IMG/VR virus record: IMGVR_UViG_3300042380_000737
Location: 1 to 35,522 of that record
Direction: 5' to 3' (one strand)
DNA from: a virus
Lineage: Duplodnaviria; Caudoviricetes
DNA: 35,522 nt
The position numbers and the translations under genes are program-made. The notes below the pieces were generated by a model. That model worked only from the letters and a program-made list of their open reading frames with translations, was not told where the DNA came from and searched no databases. Positions 30,815 to 35,522 of the stretch are shown here, piece by piece; the first letter of the stretch is position 1; each line of letters starts with the position of its first letter.

Positions 30815-31038
30815 GCAAGGGTCAGTGCCGCGTGCAGTCCGAGCCGCGGGTCCTGGCACAGTGACCCAGATCCCATGTATGCATACTCGCGGCCGCCGTA
30901 GTGCGCGGCCACAATGGCCCCAGAAAGGTCCCCCCTTTTTGCGTCATCCAGCAGCTTCGTCAGCTGCGCGATGGTTGCTGCATCAGCCCGTCTTTCTGCG
31001 ATTGCGATTGTGGGCTTGTTCACTCTTCGATCTGGCAC
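30796..31038 (-). CDS. Hypothetical protein downstream of the repressor
   Basis: ATIAQLTKLLDDAKRGDLSG...YMGSG; overlaps the 3' end of the repressor. Confidence 0.65.
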   Translation of the reverse strand: MPDRRVNKPTIAIAERRADAATIAQLTKLLDDAKRGDLSGAIVAAHYGGREYAYMGSGSLCQDPRLGLHAALTLAKKMLP

Positions 31039-31444
31039 TTCTCAGCTCCTGCTTGCGCTCTAGGAATGGCGGCACTGGCGAGGTTGTCTCCCGGGTCTCT
31101 ACTACTCGTCCCTCCAGGGCCCGAAGGTGCATCCGCGCGAACTCCCCGATCAGGGTCTTCGCGTCGAATGGCAGCCTGCAGATGACCAACAGGAGGTCAA
31201 TGTCCTGCTGGTCGATGAGGGCGTTCATCGTCTGTCTGTCACCCGAGTGCCTGGCGCCCTCCGTCCAGTCCAACTGGAATGAGAGCCGCTCTTCCAAGCG
31301 CTGAGCGATCTTCTTTCCCGGGTTGCTGCGACCGGCCTCCCAGTACCTAACAGCCTGGTCGCTCACGCCGAGGTCGCCGGCAAGCTGGGGGATGCTCATA
31401 CCCTGCTGCTCGCGCCTAGCGCGAATTTGATCCTTGATCTTCAT
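30983..31444 (-). CDS. XRE-family HTH repressor (CI-like)
   Basis: IRARREQQGMSIPQLAGDLGVSDQAVRYWEAGRSNP; AGGAGG RBS; sits at the divergence point of transcription. Confidence 0.88.
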   Translation of the reverse strand: MKIKDQIRARREQQGMSIPQLAGDLGVSDQAVRYWEAGRSNPGKKIAQRLEERLSFQLDWTEGARHSGDRQTMNALIDQQDIDLLLVICRLPFDAKTLIGEFARMHLRALEGRVVETRETTSPVPPFLERKQELRSARSKSEQAHNRNRRKTG

Positions 31445-31538
31445 TGTTCCCTCCTGTTCGAAGGGTGCCAACCTCATGTTCTGTTGGCAAGCGAACTTTT
31501 TGTTGACTACAATGAGGTCGCAACTACAAGGAGATCGA
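31445..31538. promoter_or_regulatory. Divergent switch region (PR-like promoter, operators)
   Basis: TTGGCA-18-TACAAT (31484-31513); near-operators CAACCTCATGTTC (31469-31481) and GAACTTTTTGTTG (31493-31505). Confidence 0.7.
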
Positions 31539-31898
31539 ATGGAGTTCGTGAACCACCTCGGGCAGCCGATTCCGGCGCTCTCCGGGGGTAAGGAGGCCAA
31601 GCGGCAAGCCCGCAGACAACAAGACGTCTATCACAAGGGCTGGCTGGTGACGGGCTACCCGCGGGAGCAGATCGAGGCTGGTCGTGTTGCGCACGACCAA
31701 CTCGGTGAGCGCCTTCGTGGGCAGGGCAGGGCCCCGCTGCCGTGGGACCTTGACCGCTTCATGCGGGACACGAGGCCCACCAAAATTCGCTCGAAGCCCT
31801 ACGAGACGGAGGCCGCGGCCGCCGCCGCCCGCGCGCTGGCCGAGCGTCTTGGCTGGCTTGGTGTCCGCGTGACCGCGGTCACGAAGGGTGCGGCATGA
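31539..31898 (+). CDS. Hypothetical protein at the cro position
   Basis: AAGGAG RBS, ATG 31539, ATGA coupling to the next gene. Confidence 0.7.
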   Translation: MEFVNHLGQPIPALSGGKEAKRQARRQQDVYHKGWLVTGYPREQIEAGRVAHDQLGERLRGQGRAPLPWDLDRFMRDTRPTKIRSKPYETEAAAAAARALAERLGWLGVRVTAVTKGAA

Positions 31899-32416
31899 AG
31901 ATCGAGACGATCGTCACGCCCAAGGTGAACTTCGCGGACCAAAGCATCATCCTCGAAGAGCTGACGAGGTCACCGGACCTGCTGGACCCGCGCAAGATTC
32001 GCGAGGACTATGCCGTGCGGGTGGTGCGCCTGCGCGACAAGGCCATCCGCGACGCCCTCGTCTGCCTGGGCTGGCGCCCGCCGGCTGAGCCCGACGCGCA
32101 GCACTCATCAACGCCGATCGACGCCGAGTCGCGGCTGCGCGTCAGGGCGCATGACCCCGGCACGAGCATGGTGGCGGCCGAGCGCGCCGCGGCCTTCGCT
32201 GGCTCGCACGCGCAGCGGATCCTCGACGTCTGCAGCCCCACACGGCCGATGAGCACCGCAGAGATCGCCTCCAAGGCCCGCCTCACGGTCGTCCAGGTGG
32301 CCAGGCGCACCGTCGAGCTCCAGCGCCAGGGGCGCCTCATCGTCGCGCAGCTCGGTGGCGAGGACATGGTGGTCGACGGGTATCGCTGCTGGCTGCTGGC
32401 GCCAACAGAAAGTTGA
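31895..32416 (+). CDS. Phage protein with C-terminal winged HTH
   Basis: RAHDPGTS..AA motif, then STAEIA...VQVARRTVEL.RQG. Confidence 0.7.
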   Translation: MKIETIVTPKVNFADQSIILEELTRSPDLLDPRKIREDYAVRVVRLRDKAIRDALVCLGWRPPAEPDAQHSSTPIDAESRLRVRAHDPGTSMVAAERAAAFAGSHAQRILDVCSPTRPMSTAEIASKARLTVVQVARRTVELQRQGRLIVAQLGGEDMVVDGYRCWLLAPTES

Positions 32417-32505
32417 CCTAGAATCCGCGCCTCGATGCGCCTTTGGCCGGGTGCGTCGAGGCTTAGTTCCGGCGCAATGGGAGCCGGGTTCACAGTGGTT
32501 CTGCT

Positions 32506-32576
32506 CATTGGTGGGGGCGTTGCTCGCAAGAGCACCGTCTGACCACTGTGGCGGGGCCTAAGCGCCCCCACCAATG
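32506..32576 (+). ncRNA. c4/CI-like structured RNA upstream of the replication gene
   Basis: Perfect 14-bp stem (32506-32519 / 32563-32576) enclosing two hairpins whose single-stranded parts match upstream sequences. Confidence 0.5.
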
Positions 32577-32590
32577 GGCAGAAAGACACC

Positions 32591-33337
32591 GTGTCCAACA
32601 TCATTCGACGCCAGCGGTCCACCTGGACCACCGTCGACAACCGCATCATCACCGATCGCAGGCTGTCGATGAAGGCGCTTGGCCTGCTCGTCTACATGCT
32701 ATCCAAGCCCGACAACTGGGAGTTCTCGCAAGAGTCTCTGGGGCAGTGGTTCAGCGAGGGCCGAGAGGCAATGCGAACCGTCATGAAGAACCTCGCCGAC
32801 GCAGGTTACATCAAGCGAGAGATCGTGCGAGCCCCCGGCGGACAGCTCCGAACCATCACTATCGTTAGCGAAGAACCGGATACGGGTTTCCCGGCGCCGG
32901 CTGAGCCGCCGCCGGCTGACCCGCCCGCCGGTCAACCCGTCCCCTTAGTAAAGACTGACTCAGTAAATACTGATGCAGTAAAGACTGAGGAAGACAAGGC
33001 CTTCGGCCCCGATCTGCCCCAGGCTCCGGCTGGGTATCAGGGCGTCTTGAAGGCCCTGGTGGCCGAGGGCGTGAATGCGCAACACGCGGTTGACTGGCTG
33101 AAGGTCCGCGCCAAGAAGAATGCTCCCTTCACAGAGACTGCATGGTCCGCAATGGCCAGGGAGGCGGCTGCAGCCGGCATCTCATTCCCGGATGCGGTGA
33201 GGATCTGTGCTGAGCAGGGTTGGCGCGGCTTCAAGGCCGAGTACCTGCGGAGCTACGGAACCAAAACCGGGGCTTCGAAGTCCATCGCCGGCATGGACTA
33301 CACCAAAGGGATCGGCGAAGATGGACGCATCCTCTAA
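32591..33337 (+). CDS. Phage replication initiator (HTH)
   Basis: WTTVDN.II.D.RLS.KALGLL.Y.LSKPDNW...L..AGYI; C-terminal W..R..K...GWRGFKAEY; upstream of a DnaC-like gene. Confidence 0.85.
   Translation: MSNIIRRQRSTWTTVDNRIITDRRLSMKALGLLVYMLSKPDNWEFSQESLGQWFSEGREAMRTVMKNLADAGYIKREIVRAPGGQLRTITIVSEEPDTGFPAPAEPPPADPPAGQPVPLVKTDSVNTDAVKTEEDKAFGPDLPQAPAGYQGVLKALVAEGVNAQHAVDWLKVRAKKNAPFTETAWSAMAREAAAAGISFPDAVRICAEQGWRGFKAEYLRSYGTKTGASKSIAGMDYTKGIGEDGRIL
32876..32988 (+). repeat. Iteron-like repeats (probable replication origin)
   Basis: AGTAAA(G/T)ACTGA three times at 32947, 32962 and 32977 (15-bp period), preceded by GC-rich 15-bp-period CCG-led units. Confidence 0.65.
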
Positions 33338-34133
33338 GCCCGTCGGCCAGCTGCTCGGAGGCTTGGCTGGCCGCGACACGGTGGCGACGTGTCCAGCCCA
33401 CGGCGAGTACCAGGCCAGGGCCTGGAGCATCGGCGGCAAGGACCGCTTCTCCGCGTGCCCGCAGTGCGAGGCCGAGAAGGCCCGCCAGGCCGCCGCGGAT
33501 GCCGATCGCCAGCGCCAGCTGGACCGCGCGTTGCGAGACGCCGACGAGGCCGCCAAGGCCCTCTCCGTGGCCCGCGTTCCGAAGCGGTTCGTTGGCAAGA
33601 CATTCGAAACCTACGCGGCGGACACGGAGAGGCAACGATTGGCCCTAAGCATCTGCCGGTCCTATGCCGAGGACTTCGCCGAGCACCGCAAGGTCGGCAC
33701 AGGACTGACGCTCGCGGGCGGCACGGGCACCGGGAAGAGCCACCTGGCCGCCGCGATCATCCAGCACATCAGCCCGCTGCGATCGGCGCTCTACGCCACC
33801 GTCAGCGACGTCGTGCGCGGCGTGCGCGACACCTGGCGGCGCGACTCGCCGATGAGCACCGGACAGATGATCGACAGCCTGCGCAACCTGGACCTGCTGG
33901 TGCTGGACGAGATCGGAGTGCAGTCGGGCACCGACAACGAGCACCAGGTCCTCTACGACGTGCTGGACGGCCGCTACCGCGACTGCGCTCCCACGATCCT
34001 GCTCACGAACCTCGACCACCAGGCCATGCAGGCCGCGATCGGGGACCGCCTCTTCGACCGCCTGCGCGAGACATCTCGATGGGTGCAGTGCAACTGGGAG
34101 AGCTACAGACCGAAAGCAAGGAGTCAGTCTTGA
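33321..34133 (+). CDS. DnaC/IstB-like helicase loader ATPase
   Basis: CPAHG...CPQC zinc site, GGTGTGKSHLA Walker A, LLVLDEIG Walker B, PTILLTN, DRLRE. Confidence 0.93.
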   Translation: MDASSKPVGQLLGGLAGRDTVATCPAHGEYQARAWSIGGKDRFSACPQCEAEKARQAAADADRQRQLDRALRDADEAAKALSVARVPKRFVGKTFETYAADTERQRLALSICRSYAEDFAEHRKVGTGLTLAGGTGTGKSHLAAAIIQHISPLRSALYATVSDVVRGVRDTWRRDSPMSTGQMIDSLRNLDLLVLDEIGVQSGTDNEHQVLYDVLDGRYRDCAPTILLTNLDHQAMQAAIGDRLFDRLRETSRWVQCNWESYRPKARSQS

Positions 34134-34420
34134 CCACACCACAGGCGGCTCCGGCCGGATTCATCGGAAAGCTCTTCGCCACGATGGCGCTGCTGTTGCC
34201 GCGGCCAATGACTGCGGCAGAGCTGATCGAAGCCACTGGCTACAAGCCGGACACGATCTACAACTACATCCTGCGCGGCCGCGAGCATGGGGTGATCTAC
34301 ATCATCGACTTCGTGGACGTAGATGGCGTGCGCGCCCCTCAGGCCAGGTATGCCGTCCAGCCGAAGCGGCCGTTCGGGATGGCGGACGCGAAGCTGAAGT
34401 CAAGCGGTGTCGAGGCCTGA
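34130..34420 (+). CDS. Putative winged-HTH protein
   Basis: TTG start overlapping the upstream stop, AAGGAG RBS; MTAAELIEATGYKPDTIYNYI. Confidence 0.65.
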   Translation: MTTPQAAPAGFIGKLFATMALLLPRPMTAAELIEATGYKPDTIYNYILRGREHGVIYIIDFVDVDGVRAPQARYAVQPKRPFGMADAKLKSSGVEA

Positions 34421-34670
34421 TGCGCTTGCCGAGGCGGTTGCTGCGGCCTGCGACAAGGCCGCCAAGGCTGCGCCGCCTGGCGGTATTGGAGTGTGGACCG
34501 AGGTGGGGCGCCAGAAGGTTCTGGTGGCTCTCTGTGTCGGTGGCGCTGTCGGAGCGGTATTCGTTGATCGTAGTGAGTACGACGGGATGAAGCTGCTGGA
34601 GATGATCGATGGAGATCCTCGTTCAAAAGGGCCCGAGAGGCGCGCTGATCCCGATGGAGGAGGCGGCTGA
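34407..34670 (+). CDS. Hypothetical protein
   Basis: Fills the operon gap and overlaps both neighbours. Confidence 0.5.
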   Translation: MSRPDALAEAVAAACDKAAKAAPPGGIGVWTEVGRQKVLVALCVGGAVGAVFVDRSEYDGMKLLEMIDGDPRSKGPERRADPDGGGG

Positions 34671-35079
34671 AGAAGCGCTTCGCTCGATCAAGACTGGCGC
34701 CGTCTTGCGCGTCAAGATCAACCGCGTCAGGAACCCCAAGTTTCATCGCAAGTACATGGCCTTGCTGAACTACGCCTACGGCGTATGGCGCGAGCTTATG
34801 CCAGAGCGCGTGTGGCGCGGCCGCGAGGTGGTGACCACGTTCGATCGCTTCCGCAGGGAGGTGCAGATCATGGCCGGCCACTACGAGCCGGTCTGGACCA
34901 TCTCCGGAGAGATGCGCCTGGAGCCGAAGACGATCTCGTTCGCGGGCTTGGACGAGGAGGGCTTCGAGAAGCTCTACAGCGAGGTGATCAACGTGCTGAT
35001 CCAGAAGGTCCTCGTGGGCACCAGCGTGACCGAGGAAGGGCTTCGGCGCTACGTAGACCAGGTGCTCAAGTTCGACTGA
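34609..35079 (+). CDS. DUF1367-family protein
   Basis: RNPKFHRKYMALL...FDRFR..V.I.AGHY...PKTISFA.LDEEGFEKLY. Confidence 0.85.
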   Translation: MEILVQKGPRGALIPMEEAAEEALRSIKTGAVLRVKINRVRNPKFHRKYMALLNYAYGVWRELMPERVWRGREVVTTFDRFRREVQIMAGHYEPVWTISGEMRLEPKTISFAGLDEEGFEKLYSEVINVLIQKVLVGTSVTEEGLRRYVDQVLKFD

Positions 35080-35117
35080 GCTGTGCTATAAGCGGGCAAC
35101 ACAACTTTCTGTTGCCT

Positions 35118-35402
35118 ATGAAGAAGAACGAGTTGATTGCCCGGGTCGCATCCGATGCTGGGTGCAGCCAGGATGTTGCGCGGTCGGTGCTGGACGCCGC
35201 CGCGGACGCCGCCAGAGAGGCGCTGTCCGAGGGCTCCGAGGTCTTCCTGTTTGGCCTGGGCAAGCTGGTCGTCTCCAGCCGTGGCGAAAAGAAGGCCCGG
35301 AACCTCCGCACCGGCGAGCCCGTGATCGTGCCCCCGCGCCGCGCGGCCATCTTCAAGGCCAGCACCTCCGTCGAACGTGCGCTCAACGGGCCTGCCGCCT
35401 AA
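35118..35402 (+). CDS. HU/IHF-family DNA-binding protein
   Basis: MKKNELIA.VA...V.LFGLGK...R....ARNLRTGE.V.VP......FKAS; upstream TGCTATAAG extended -10 and operator CAACTTTCTGTTG (35102-35114). Confidence 0.92.
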   Translation: MKKNELIARVASDAGCSQDVARSVLDAAADAAREALSEGSEVFLFGLGKLVVSSRGEKKARNLRTGEPVIVPPRRAAIFKASTSVERALNGPAA

Positions 35403-35522
35403 GCCGCGCGCCAGGCCGCGGCACCTGGAGTCTGCCGAGCAGCAAGCCGTCGTGGCCTGGTGTGACATGACGCCGCACCCGGACTGCACCAACTTCGCTG
35501 ACAGGCCGCGGCGCATGATCGG

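Noticed and set aside
35467-35522. Possible gene start at the right edge
   Set aside because: Too short and truncated to support a call.

Overview
High-GC segment of a temperate tailed phage, probably of a Burkholderiales host (inferred from GC content and the SSB sequence). The left half (1-18693) encodes two giant 'polyvalent' proteins: one of more than 3,500 aa, truncated at the window edge, and one of 2,720 aa. They sit in the same frame, separated only by TGA-CCA-ATG. Both are built from enzyme modules (several ADP-ribosyltransferase-like domains, two ParB-like, zincin-like, HhH glycosylase-like, SAM-lyase/DUF3293-like, MuF-C/RNase-like, LPD38-like), delimited by a recurring S-x-[E/A]-R junction motif. 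The most unusual feature is that the first giant ORF contains three nested genes while its own frame stays open: an antisense HNH endonuclease, a same-strand frameshifted HNH endonuclease, and a small overprinted ORF. The two HNH genes show no intein or intron hallmarks. One is preceded by a perfect copy, and the other by a near copy, of the phage's CAAC-N5-GTTG operator-like palindrome. The right half holds a DusA-associated-type integrase, an intact attP carrying a dusA 5' fragment (APMMDW) and a PrtN-like putative excisionase. It continues with nucleotide-metabolism genes, SSB, exonuclease, ERF recombinase, four free-standing endonucleases, tRNA-Gly with a cluster of tRNA-like structures, an XRE repressor switch, replication genes and HU. 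All family calls come from motif recognition by eye; no database searches were run.
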